In this document: one piece after another, positions 29,424 through 37,135 of the stretch
Layout of the letters: every line of letters begins with the position of its first letter
Position numbering within the stretch: position 1 is the first letter of the stretch
Virus record (IMG/VR): IMGVR_UViG_3300005298_000010
Location: 6,775-70,774 of that record
Length of the DNA: 64,000 nucleotides
Reading direction: 5' to 3' (one strand)
Source of the DNA: a virus
Lineage: Duplodnaviria; Caudoviricetes
Notes under the pieces: generated by a model
Told to the model about the DNA's origin: nothing
Databases searched by the model: none
Seen by the model: the letters and a program-made list of their open reading frames with translations, nothing else
Program-made: the position numbers and the translations under genes

Positions 29424-30425
29424 TCAAGGGTTTTGGGGATTTTTAAGGATCCGGGCGAAAGTGTAGTAGGAGATATTGGTAGAAGGATCCTGGTAGTGGA
29501 ACCAGGCTAGGGTAGGAGTGGTAGAAATTTGGATGTCTTGAGGGGAAAGATGGAAAAGAGGATCATAAGTAAAGTTAACGGAAAAGGAATTAAGGGTGCC
29601 GCGGAGAGGGAGGGAAATTTGGTGATATCGCCCGGAAAGGTGAATAAAGGGATCGGGATCAGAGGAGGGAGTGAAGCGGGTGATTTCAAAGGGCCAAGGA
29701 TTAAGCTGCCCAAGGGGAGATTGGGCAGTAGGAGAGGGGGGATCAAGGAGGGTAGAACGGGGGAGAGGAAGACTGGGAGTGTAACTAAAGCAAGGGATAA
29801 GAAAATGATGATCCTGGTAGCGGATATAAAGGGAGCGGTGATAGCGGGTATGGTGAAAGGCAAGATGGACCGAAGAGGCCTTAGGATCTGAAGAGGCAAG
29901 AAGGGCAAGGGGGATAAAATGGTGCCAAGGGTGCCCAAAGGTGCGGCGAAGCAAGGATTCAGGAGGGGCTTGCCGCAGCGGAATGACAATCAGGCGACCC
30001 ATATAGTAGTTATCCTTGAGAAGAAGTAAGGCGTTTCCCCAGAGAGGATGGTCTTTGACGATAAGGTGAATAATGTCCCCGGGAGCCTGAATCAGATGAT
30101 CAAAATGCAGCCGAAGAAGCGAAGCTTTAAGTTGGAAGGCGTTGCTGGGAGGGTCAAAGGGGCGAGGGGAAAGGGAATGCAGACAGACTGCGGATAAGGA
30201 GCGACCAGATTGATAGTTCTGAAGGATCGCAAGCCCCTCATCGGAAGAAAAAACTAGAGGGGCCTTAAGATCGGAAAAAGAGATATCATCCTGAAGGGCA
30301 ATATCCATATAGGCCTCATGGGCATCAAAGGCCGTAAGCCGCCAGGTTTGACGCTTTTGGTAAAGATAAACATGCTGAGAAAGGGCCGAGGCCATCTGAA
30401 GGGCAGTCTGAAGGGGGATCCTCAT
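29424..30425 (-). CDS. Hypothetical protein, paralogue of 30757..31542; strongly pyrimidine-biased coding strand
   Basis: Start moved to ATG 30425 (MRIPLQ) after GGGAGG; shares LL..H...L...H..W..AL.L...LIV.PL...L.RR.F with the next gene. Confidence 0.7.
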   Translation of the reverse strand: MRIPLQTALQMASALSQHVYLYQKRQTWRLTAFDAHEAYMDIALQDDISFSDLKAPLVFSSDEGLAILQNYQSGRSLSAVCLHSLSPRPFDPPSNAFQLKASLLRLHFDHLIQAPGDIIHLIVKDHPLWGNALLLLKDNYYMGRLIVIPLRQAPPESLLRRTFGHPWHHFIPLALLASSDPKASSVHLAFHHTRYHRSLYIRYQDHHFLIPCFSYTPSLPLPRSTLLDPPSPTAQSPLGQLNPWPFEITRFTPSSDPDPFIHLSGRYHQISLPLRGTLNSFSVNFTYDPLFHLSPQDIQISTTPTLAWFHYQDPSTNISYYTFARILKNPQNP

Positions 30426-30451
30426 GGTAAAACCTCCCATAGCTAAAGGTT

Positions 30452-30480
30452 TGAAAGGTCCGGCGAATTCCTGCATTAAT
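30452..30480 (+). promoter_or_regulatory. Plus-strand copy of TGAAA-N16-GCATTAA
   Basis: TGAAAGGT-ccggcgaattcct-GCATTAAT. Confidence 0.5.
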
Positions 30481-30756
30481 TTATGATAAAGGAGTGTTGG
30501 TCATGGAGGAAGGGTAAAAGAGTTTCTTTTGCTTTTTAGCAAAGGAGAAGGAAAAGGAGAAGGAAATGGTGGTTATATTACTGCTTCTCGTGGTCCTCGC
30601 AAGTTGAGGACCAATAAAAAAAACATGGTTGCGACCCTATCTGGTCGCAACCAGCTAAAAAAATGGGAGCGTTATGCTTTGGAGTCGGGGCCAGCTAGGC
30701 CCCGACTCCAAATTCTCTTGAAGCACAGTCCTGCTGCCTTCTTTAGCTATGTCGCC

Positions 30757-31542
30757 TTAATGTGCGGGAAAGACCGCATAATAGTGAATCCCTGCCTCAT
30801 AGTGATGGTACCAGAGATTCTCTGCTTTTATGGCGACTTCTGGCTTTTCTGCAAATGGCCAAAGGTCAGTTTCAGAAGGGAGGGTGAGTTTAAATTTTGG
30901 TGGATGTAAAATCCTTTTGGGAGGGATCCGCTTTGGTTTACCCCTCAACACAAAATACGAATCGGCATGCTTAATATAAAGCTCATCGCCATTGACCGTA
31001 AAGCCCAAATCCGTGGGTCCGTCAGGAAGCTCTGACCTTAAAAGCGTCAGAGCAATATAGGGCGCAATATGGGATGTGAACACCCTCCGCTTCAGATATG
31101 AAAACCCCTCCAGAAACTGTAGCGGAAGGACGATAAGGATTGTGTGCTTGGAGCCCTCACCAATAAGCACGAGGGCATCCTTCCAGACTTTGTGTCTGAT
31201 CGTTATAATGTGGGTCACTTCCGCACTACAGTTGGCAAGAAGTTCCAGGTGTGCCTTAAGGAGAGGCACTTGGAACTGATAAAGCTCAGGGGGCTGAAAA
31301 ACAGCCGATTCGTGGTTTGAGGGGCTTATCGAGAAACTGCCGGACCCAAGCAAAGGAAAAAGCTCAGGTGCAAACTCGGGATAGGGCTCAGATCCAAAAT
31401 GCTTAGGATCAATCGGCATATCGAATTGGACATGCCGATCCCGGATCCCTCTAACTCTGGTAAGTCCCTTCTCGTCACGATATATATGAAGGGTGCAATT
31501 CATCCAAAAGCCTAGGGTGCCGATGATCGAATTCATAGGCAT
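30757..31542 (-). CDS. Hypothetical protein, paralogue of 29424..30425
   Basis: 261 aa with AAGGAGG RBS; visual alignment as above. Confidence 0.7.
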   Translation of the reverse strand: MPMNSIIGTLGFWMNCTLHIYRDEKGLTRVRGIRDRHVQFDMPIDPKHFGSEPYPEFAPELFPLLGSGSFSISPSNHESAVFQPPELYQFQVPLLKAHLELLANCSAEVTHIITIRHKVWKDALVLIGEGSKHTILIVLPLQFLEGFSYLKRRVFTSHIAPYIALTLLRSELPDGPTDLGFTVNGDELYIKHADSYFVLRGKPKRIPPKRILHPPKFKLTLPSETDLWPFAEKPEVAIKAENLWYHHYEAGIHYYAVFPAH

Positions 31543-31630
31543 TCCTCCTTACAAAGAAAGGTTCCTTTTCGCCTCTCACCTGGAAAGCCTGCTTCTTAAG
31601 GAGTAAAATTGGGAGGGAAGCGACATAGTT

Positions 31631-31668
31631 AAAAAGATCCTGCTTTGGAGAGTTTTCTCCAAGCAGGA
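31631..31668 (-). terminator. Intrinsic terminator
   Basis: tcctgctttggaga-gttt-tctccaagcagga hairpin, then TCTTTTT on the minus strand, after 31697..31918. Confidence 0.75.
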
Positions 31669-31696
31669 CTCGACGGTCGGGTGTCAGTTCAACGCT

Positions 31697-31918
31697 TTAC
31701 TCTTCCTTGACCATGTTGAAAAGTCGGGCCAGCCTTTGGCAGGCCCTGAAGAACTCAATCAGCTGCACTGTTGCCTCCCCCCTCATTTCTGGGGGCATCC
31801 GGTCCAAGAGTTCTTGGACCTCGTCCTGGACCGCTTTTGGACACTCTCCTGCGATCTCCTCAAGACGCCTGATTTCTTGTTTCAATTCTTCAAACAAGAA
31901 AAGGTTCACGCTGTTCAT
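31697..31918 (-). CDS. Small helical protein
   Basis: 73 aa with AAGGAGG RBS, between a promoter and a terminator. Confidence 0.75.
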   Translation of the reverse strand: MNSVNLFLFEELKQEIRRLEEIAGECPKAVQDEVQELLDRMPPEMRGEATVQLIEFFRACQRLARLFNMVKEE

Positions 31919-32010
31919 GGTCTTCCTCCTTTTTTGTTTGTAGTTCAGACAAAACCTTACTTACCTATCCAAACCTTACCTCAACAAGGCAAACCTCTGC
32001 TACCCGACCG

Positions 32011-32178
32011 TCACTTTTTAATGCAAAAATTTCGATAAATTTTCACGGTTTGTAGGGGGGCTTTTTAGCATTAAAAACCTTCATTTTCACATAGCTAAAA
32101 GAAGCGACCTGGTTCCCAGGACCCCTTCCTTTCAAGTTCTTTGGAATCCTTAGGGTGAAAGCTTTACTCTTCCTCTGA
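32011..32178 (-). repeat. Cassette copy A (gene tail + hairpin + promoter)
   Basis: 32011-32050 and 32109-32178 closely match 32795-32835 and 32863-32933. Confidence 0.85.
32017..32045 (-). promoter_or_regulatory. Putative phage promoter TGAAAATT-N13-GCATTAAA
   Basis: Minus strand TGAAAATT-tatcgaaattttt-GCATTAAA, upstream of 31918. Confidence 0.7.
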
Positions 32179-32440
32179 CAGAAAATAGCCTTGAAAACTC
32201 CACTTTAAGGGAACCGATAAGATGCTTGTTCTGATTAACATTTGTCCTATAGCTGATATAGGGTGAAAAGTATGCAATTGGAGGAGGTATCTTGGGATAG
32301 AAAATCTGAAGTAGTAGTGGGGTTGGGACCCGCCAGACTCGTGATTTAAAGCATATCCCTCTGTGGGTATGAATATCAGTGCCCTGCGGTAAGAATCCCA
32401 TCTTCTTCAAAGAAGAGATTGAAAGGAAGCGATATAGCTA

Positions 32441-32480
32441 AAAGAGATCGGCTTCCGCCGCCAGGCGGGAGGCGGGAGCC
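32441..32480 (-). terminator. Intrinsic terminator
   Basis: GC-rich stem ggcttccgcc/ggcgggagcc, then gatctCTTTT on the minus strand, after 32503..32694. Confidence 0.7.
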
Positions 32481-32502
32481 ACGCGAGCCTTGACCGAGTC
32501 GA

Positions 32503-32694
32503 CTAATTCAGCTCGGTCAATGCTCTTCTTATCTCTCTCGCTGCGTCGATCATCGACTCTAACATTGAAAGAATCTTGGCTTTTGTCCGCGGATCGAGAG
32601 CGGCTGCATATTGCAGCCACTCTCGAATCTGGCTGGGTACGTACGCTTCGACTTCCTTCTCGAGCTCTTCGATTTTCAGCAAAACTTCGTCCAT
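32503..32694 (-). CDS. Small helical protein, possible paralogue of 31697..31918
   Basis: 63 aa with AAAGGAG RBS; same cassette context. Confidence 0.7.
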   Translation of the reverse strand: MDEVLLKIEELEKEVEAYVPSQIREWLQYAAALDPRTKAKILSMLESMIDAAREIRRALTELN

Positions 32695-32794
32695 ATTTCG
32701 ACTCCTTTGTAGGAAGAGACTTGAGAAACTGTTCCCACCAACCCACCCACCACTGGCCTCCCGCCCTCCTAACCAACGACCTATTCCTCCTTCC

Positions 32795-32933
32795 TCACTT
32801 TTTAATGCAAAAATCCTAATAAATTTTCACGGTTTTTAAGGGGTCCTGAAAGAGCCAGCAATCTGGTTTCCAGGACCCCTTCCTTTCACGTTTTTTGGAA
32901 TCCTTCGGATGGCTGCTTTTACTCTTCTTCTGA
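32795..32933 (-). repeat. Cassette copy B
   Basis: See copy A; includes the 10-bp stem aggggtcctg (32839-32848)/caggacccct (32871-32880). Confidence 0.85.
32801..32829 (-). promoter_or_regulatory. Putative phage promoter TGAAAATT-N13-GCATTAAA
   Basis: Minus strand TGAAAATT-tattaggattttt-GCATTAAA, upstream of 32694. Confidence 0.7.
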
Positions 32934-33701
32934 GATCGTTTTTATAGGTCGAATTAGTAATCGACCTTTGTATGTCACAATGTAATCCTCAGATATCCCT
33001 AGCTCTGCTCCTTGCAAGGCCCAAATGATTTTGGCTTTTAGGGCCTCGAGGGCTTCCTGTTCCTTCTTTATGTTTTTCTGATGCTCTAAATAATCCCGGA
33101 TATGCATAATGGTTTCCTCCTTAAGTTCGACCTTTGTTTTGACTGTCGGAAGCCTTCTTAGGAGAGGAGTTGGGGCGATATCTTCTTCTCGAATATCTCC
33201 CGCAAGCATCCTCTCCCATCGTTTTCTTGCCATTTCGATTATCTTTTCAACACTTTGGGACGGTTCGATGGTGTGGAACTCAAACCCCCTTGCTCCAACA
33301 AGGGCAGCCAAATATCCTCGCTTTGCCCTTGTCAGATTTATGTAAATTTCCACCTCAAGCTGTTTATAGTCCGGAATGGGCGTCCAAAGCTTGTACATGG
33401 GCGATGTGATGCCCGAGGAAGAAATCACAATCGGACACCCTTCCGCATCCATATCACAGACCCCCTCTATCTGCCTCTGCTCGTCCCTTATCACCACATC
33501 AGGCTTTACTTCTAGCTTATGTGTCGTTGTGTACCATTCTCGTATAAGTGGTTTCAGGACTTCATGGATCTTTAGATTCCATGAAACCTCAGAAATCCCG
33601 AGATGGCGTTCAAGATAAAGCTCCAGTGGTTTTTTGTAAGGAACAGCACCTACCAAAACACAAATGTCACTTGGCGTTAACATCTCTAGGCCCTCCGTCA
33701 T
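32919..33701 (-). CDS. YqaJ/lambda-exonuclease-like protein with degenerate active site
   Basis: LTPSDICVLVGAVPYKKPLELYLE and YLAALVGARGFEFHTIE...RWERML match the YqaJ layout; the ExK motif reads VISS. Confidence 0.75.
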   Translation of the reverse strand: MTEGLEMLTPSDICVLVGAVPYKKPLELYLERHLGISEVSWNLKIHEVLKPLIREWYTTTHKLEVKPDVVIRDEQRQIEGVCDMDAEGCPIVISSSGITSPMYKLWTPIPDYKQLEVEIYINLTRAKRGYLAALVGARGFEFHTIEPSQSVEKIIEMARKRWERMLAGDIREEDIAPTPLLRRLPTVKTKVELKEETIMHIRDYLEHQKNIKKEQEALEALKAKIIWALQGAELGISEDYIVTYKGRLLIRPIKTISEEE

Positions 33702-33738
33702 ATCTAAAAAATTTCGGACATAACCCTTTTCCTCATAG

Positions 33739-33767
33739 TTTAATGCTGGGGTTTCTGAGAATTTTCA
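33739..33767 (-). promoter_or_regulatory. Putative phage promoter TGAAAATT-N13-GCATTAAA
   Basis: Minus strand TGAAAATT-ctcagaaacccca-GCATTAAA, upstream of the YqaJ-like gene. Confidence 0.7.
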
Positions 33768-34091
33768 GTGAAGGTATAATAAATCAGATCAATGTGGAAC
33801 GGATCGGCTGTGTCGCTCTTGTTATAACCTTTGACTTACTGCGGTTGCAATGGGCATTTTCGGTTTTAAGATTCAGATAAGATGCTAGCATGATAAGCTT
33901 CTGGTCTTATTGGCCTATGAAGGTCCCGAGCCTTTAGATTCGATATCTTTACGGTGGATTCTATAACTTTGTCTGATGGTTTCGTTTATCGATTTGAATT
34001 GCCCCTGTTAAGACTAAAATTCTGACGAGCAGCGAGGCTATCCTGACCTAATTTTTAATGGTAATCATGATCATCATCGAGGTGAATAAAT

Positions 34092-34802
34092 ATGGGTTTT
34101 GTTGATTCGAGGAGGCATCTTCGGTTTCGTCTAGGTACAAAGGAAGAAGAGGATGCCTATCTTGCGACCTATTCGCAGATCGGACCTGAGGATTTCGATG
34201 CGGAGAAGGTTTGGGTCGTTTTTGGTGGAAGAAGTGCATTGGTAAGGAAAGAGGATCTGCTGGAGGCTTTATTCGGGAAAAATTCTTCTTCAGACAAACC
34301 AAATCTCGAACGGGTAGAGAATATCGTAAATATGGGATCTAGGTCGGAGTCTAATTGGTCAGCTCCTATCAATGCGGATAAATCCAATAACACCGGAAAA
34401 CAGGAAACCACGTCTACAAAAGAGGATGTTATGCATCAGCTGCATGTCCCCACGGAATCTTTAGCCTTAATCATGCCGGAGGATGGACTGGTAAGGACAT
34501 GCTACTTTCATGAGATAATTTTGGAAGGAAACAGGCTTACTTTAGTGTGGGATACACGGGCTGTCGGTTTTCATAAGACTTATCCTTTGCCCGGGAAAAG
34601 ATTTTTGGTTCGTTGTTTATCCAGAGGATTAATCGATGTTCCGGTTGTGTCCATAGGTTATCTTTTTACGCATGGAGTTTACGAATATTACCTTCTGGTT
34701 TTACTTCCAAGAACACAAGACACCAACATAACTAGAACATCGGAAACTTCGGATAACTCTCAGCCCCAAGACTCTGAAGGTGTAAAAGCCGAGGCAATAT
34801 GA
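34092..34802 (+). CDS. Hypothetical protein
   Basis: 236 aa, GAGGTG RBS, ATGA overlap with the portal gene. Confidence 0.7.
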   Translation: MGFVDSRRHLRFRLGTKEEEDAYLATYSQIGPEDFDAEKVWVVFGGRSALVRKEDLLEALFGKNSSSDKPNLERVENIVNMGSRSESNWSAPINADKSNNTGKQETTSTKEDVMHQLHVPTESLALIMPEDGLVRTCYFHEIILEGNRLTLVWDTRAVGFHKTYPLPGKRFLVRCLSRGLIDVPVVSIGYLFTHGVYEYYLLVLLPRTQDTNITRTSETSDNSQPQDSEGVKAEAI

Positions 34803-36712
34803 GTCTACCATCCTCTTTTGAAACCCAAAGCTTTTTTTACATTCCTGCTCCTTGGCACGATCCGATCCGTCGAAGGGCACCAAGGAGTATAAAGGAAGTT
34901 TTTGCATGGTGCGAATTTATTGTTCTTTCGAATCAAATCTTAAATGCTGCTCTTCAACGGCTTGTTTCGTACTTCATAACCGAGATTGAAGTTCTCGATG
35001 TCGAACTAAAGGAAGAGGAAAAGATAAAGCAATACCTCTACGATCGACTTTCGATCGATACGGTCCTTTACAGCATTGGAATGGATTATTTGACTTATGG
35101 GAATGTTTTTGTTACGGTACATTTTCCTGTCTATAAATCTGTAAGTTGTCCAAAGTGTGGGTTTGGGACGCCTTTCGAGCCTTACGCTTCACGACCGGAG
35201 ACAGAGTTTGAATTCAAGGATTTTAAGATTAAATTGAAATGCCTTCAGTGTGGATATAGTGGCTTCTGGAACGTTGTCGAGCACGTCAGTACCAAGGAAG
35301 AGGATGTCTCGATTATTCGTTGGAATGTGCATGATATTGATATCGTCTATGAACCTTTTTCAGGAACGACCGACTATATATGGACCATCCCAGCCGAGAT
35401 AAAACAGCAAATCCTTAAGGGAAGTGTAATTCATGTAAATCGAGCCCAACAGGATGTTCTAGAGGCAATCGCAACCGGGGCAAATCGCATCAAACTAGAT
35501 CGGGATCAGGTCCTTCATTTACGAGAAGATCACCTATGTGGGTTGAGGCTTAATGGTTGGGGCCTTAGTCCCATTATAGCGAATTTCAGTCAAACTTGGC
35601 TTGTAGAAAATCTAAGAAGGGCAACTCAAGCGGTTGCAATTGATTCGATTGTGCCCTTAAGGATTATCTCTCCTCAGGCCAGACAGGCTCCGGGAGTTTA
35701 TGGGGATGCAGCTTTAAGTTTGGGACTAGATGTCGTAGAGTCCCGACTCCAGGCAATTATTAGGGACTGGCGAAGAAATCCCTACGGCTGGTACACGTGT
35801 CCTTTCCCACTTTTATACCAACCTCTCGGAGGAGAAGCAAATCGGCTTTTACCTTCACAAATTATCGAACAGGCTAATTTGGATCTGGTGAATGGTCTAA
35901 ATATTCCTATGGAATTTTTCCGAGGCACCTTGACAGCTCAAGGTGCACCGCTTGCCTTAAGAATCCTCGAAGGGGTTTGGGGAAGATTGCTTAAGGTCTA
36001 TAATCGCTTCCTTTCCTTCTTGGCTCAGAAGCTTGCAAGCCATTTCCGCTGGGATCAATTTCGACTGCGAATGGCTCGACCAACGCACGTGGACGATCTG
36101 CAGCGGCAGATGGCTCGGATGCAGCTGGCTATGAGTGGTGCCATCAGTATGACGACTGGACTGAAGGCTGTAGGTCTGGATTACGCCGAGGAGCTAAGAC
36201 GACAACTTGCGGAACAGAAACTCCAGACCATGGAATATCAAAAGCTCCAGGACGAGATGGAACAAGCCTCCTTGAAATATCAAATGACTCAACCGCCTCA
36301 GCCCGCAGAAGGAGGAGGGGATTTAATGAGTATGCTGATGGGTGGACTTGCTGGAGGAGCAGCTGGAGGCGGTGGAGGAGGAGCCGAAGCCGCTGCGGCA
36401 ATGGCTGGAGGAGCACAAAGTCCTATGACCATTATCGATCAAGCGGTGGCTCAGGTCTCTGGAAAGAGCGGCGAGCCTGTTTCGCTTGATCTTCTGACAC
36501 AGTATGCTCAGCAGTTAGCACAACAATTAATAGGCATGCATCCTTCGGAGCGGCGATCGGCCTTGCTACGGCTTAAGCAAAAGCATGAAGTGCTTCATGC
36601 TTTGACAAGACAGGCCATGGAAGATCTGTATCGTCAAGGCGAATTGCAAGGTCGTATTCAAGTTCAACAACAAAGTGCTGGTCAATCTCCTGGTGTAAGT
36701 TTACCTATTTAA
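34799..36712 (+). CDS. Portal protein with Zn-ribbon insertion
   Basis: DYLTYGNVFV, IRWNVHDIDI, QVLHLRED...GWGLSPII are typical portal motifs; CPKC...CLQC insertion; Gly/Ala/Gln-rich tail. Confidence 0.75.
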   Translation: MSLPSSFETQSFFYIPAPWHDPIRRRAPRSIKEVFAWCEFIVLSNQILNAALQRLVSYFITEIEVLDVELKEEEKIKQYLYDRLSIDTVLYSIGMDYLTYGNVFVTVHFPVYKSVSCPKCGFGTPFEPYASRPETEFEFKDFKIKLKCLQCGYSGFWNVVEHVSTKEEDVSIIRWNVHDIDIVYEPFSGTTDYIWTIPAEIKQQILKGSVIHVNRAQQDVLEAIATGANRIKLDRDQVLHLREDHLCGLRLNGWGLSPIIANFSQTWLVENLRRATQAVAIDSIVPLRIISPQARQAPGVYGDAALSLGLDVVESRLQAIIRDWRRNPYGWYTCPFPLLYQPLGGEANRLLPSQIIEQANLDLVNGLNIPMEFFRGTLTAQGAPLALRILEGVWGRLLKVYNRFLSFLAQKLASHFRWDQFRLRMARPTHVDDLQRQMARMQLAMSGAISMTTGLKAVGLDYAEELRRQLAEQKLQTMEYQKLQDEMEQASLKYQMTQPPQPAEGGGDLMSMLMGGLAGGAAGGGGGGAEAAAAMAGGAQSPMTIIDQAVAQVSGKSGEPVSLDLLTQYAQQLAQQLIGMHPSERRSALLRLKQKHEVLHALTRQAMEDLYRQGELQGRIQVQQQSAGQSPGVSLPI

Positions 36713-36728
36713 TCGAGGTGATTAAACC

Positions 36729-37127
36729 ATGAAACAACCTAGATTTTATGGTATTCCAGATTTAGATATTCGCGTTCAACATTTGTATCGTCAAATGATG
36801 GCTGAAAAGAATGAAGTCGAGGAGGTTGTACCGGAAAAGCAAGAGACGGTAGAGGAGACCACAGAAGAAAAGGTTCAAGAGGCAGTACAGGAACAGCAGC
36901 AAGTGAGTGAAGAGGTTAAAGAAGAAAAGGTTCAAGAGGTGGTGGAGGAAGTTGTGCAGGAGCAGCAGGAAACTACAAAACAGGAAACCGTCGATACTGT
37001 AGATGACGAGGACGTCGAAGACGACGATGATGATGACAATGTAGAGTCAGATACAAAAAAGCGGCGGACTCGTCGAACGAGCAAGCGGAAAACAGCTAGC
37101 GAACCGACAGTCGATCAAAATCCATAG
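36729..37127 (+). CDS. Glu/Gln-rich acidic protein with basic C-terminus
   Basis: 132 aa; EEKVQE repeats, poly-Asp, KKRRTRRTSKRK. Confidence 0.7.
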   Translation: MKQPRFYGIPDLDIRVQHLYRQMMAEKNEVEEVVPEKQETVEETTEEKVQEAVQEQQQVSEEVKEEKVQEVVEEVVQEQQETTKQETVDTVDDEDVEDDDDDDNVESDTKKRRTRRTSKRKTASEPTVDQNP

Positions 37128-37135
37128 GTGAGTCT

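Noticed and set aside
29507-29989. ORFs 29507..29989 (-) and 29529..29891 (+)
   Set aside because: They arise from the extreme purine/pyrimidine skew; the frame paralogous to 30757..31542, with a good RBS and terminator, is better supported.
32068-32075. Plus-strand GCATTAAA as another bipartite promoter copy
   Set aside because: No TGAAA at the fixed spacing; GCATTAA at about 5134, 5420 and 61963 also lacks it and is coding.
33775-33780. TATAAT as a sigma70 promoter for the portal operon
   Set aside because: No -35 match or extended -10, and it is over 300 bp from the first gene.
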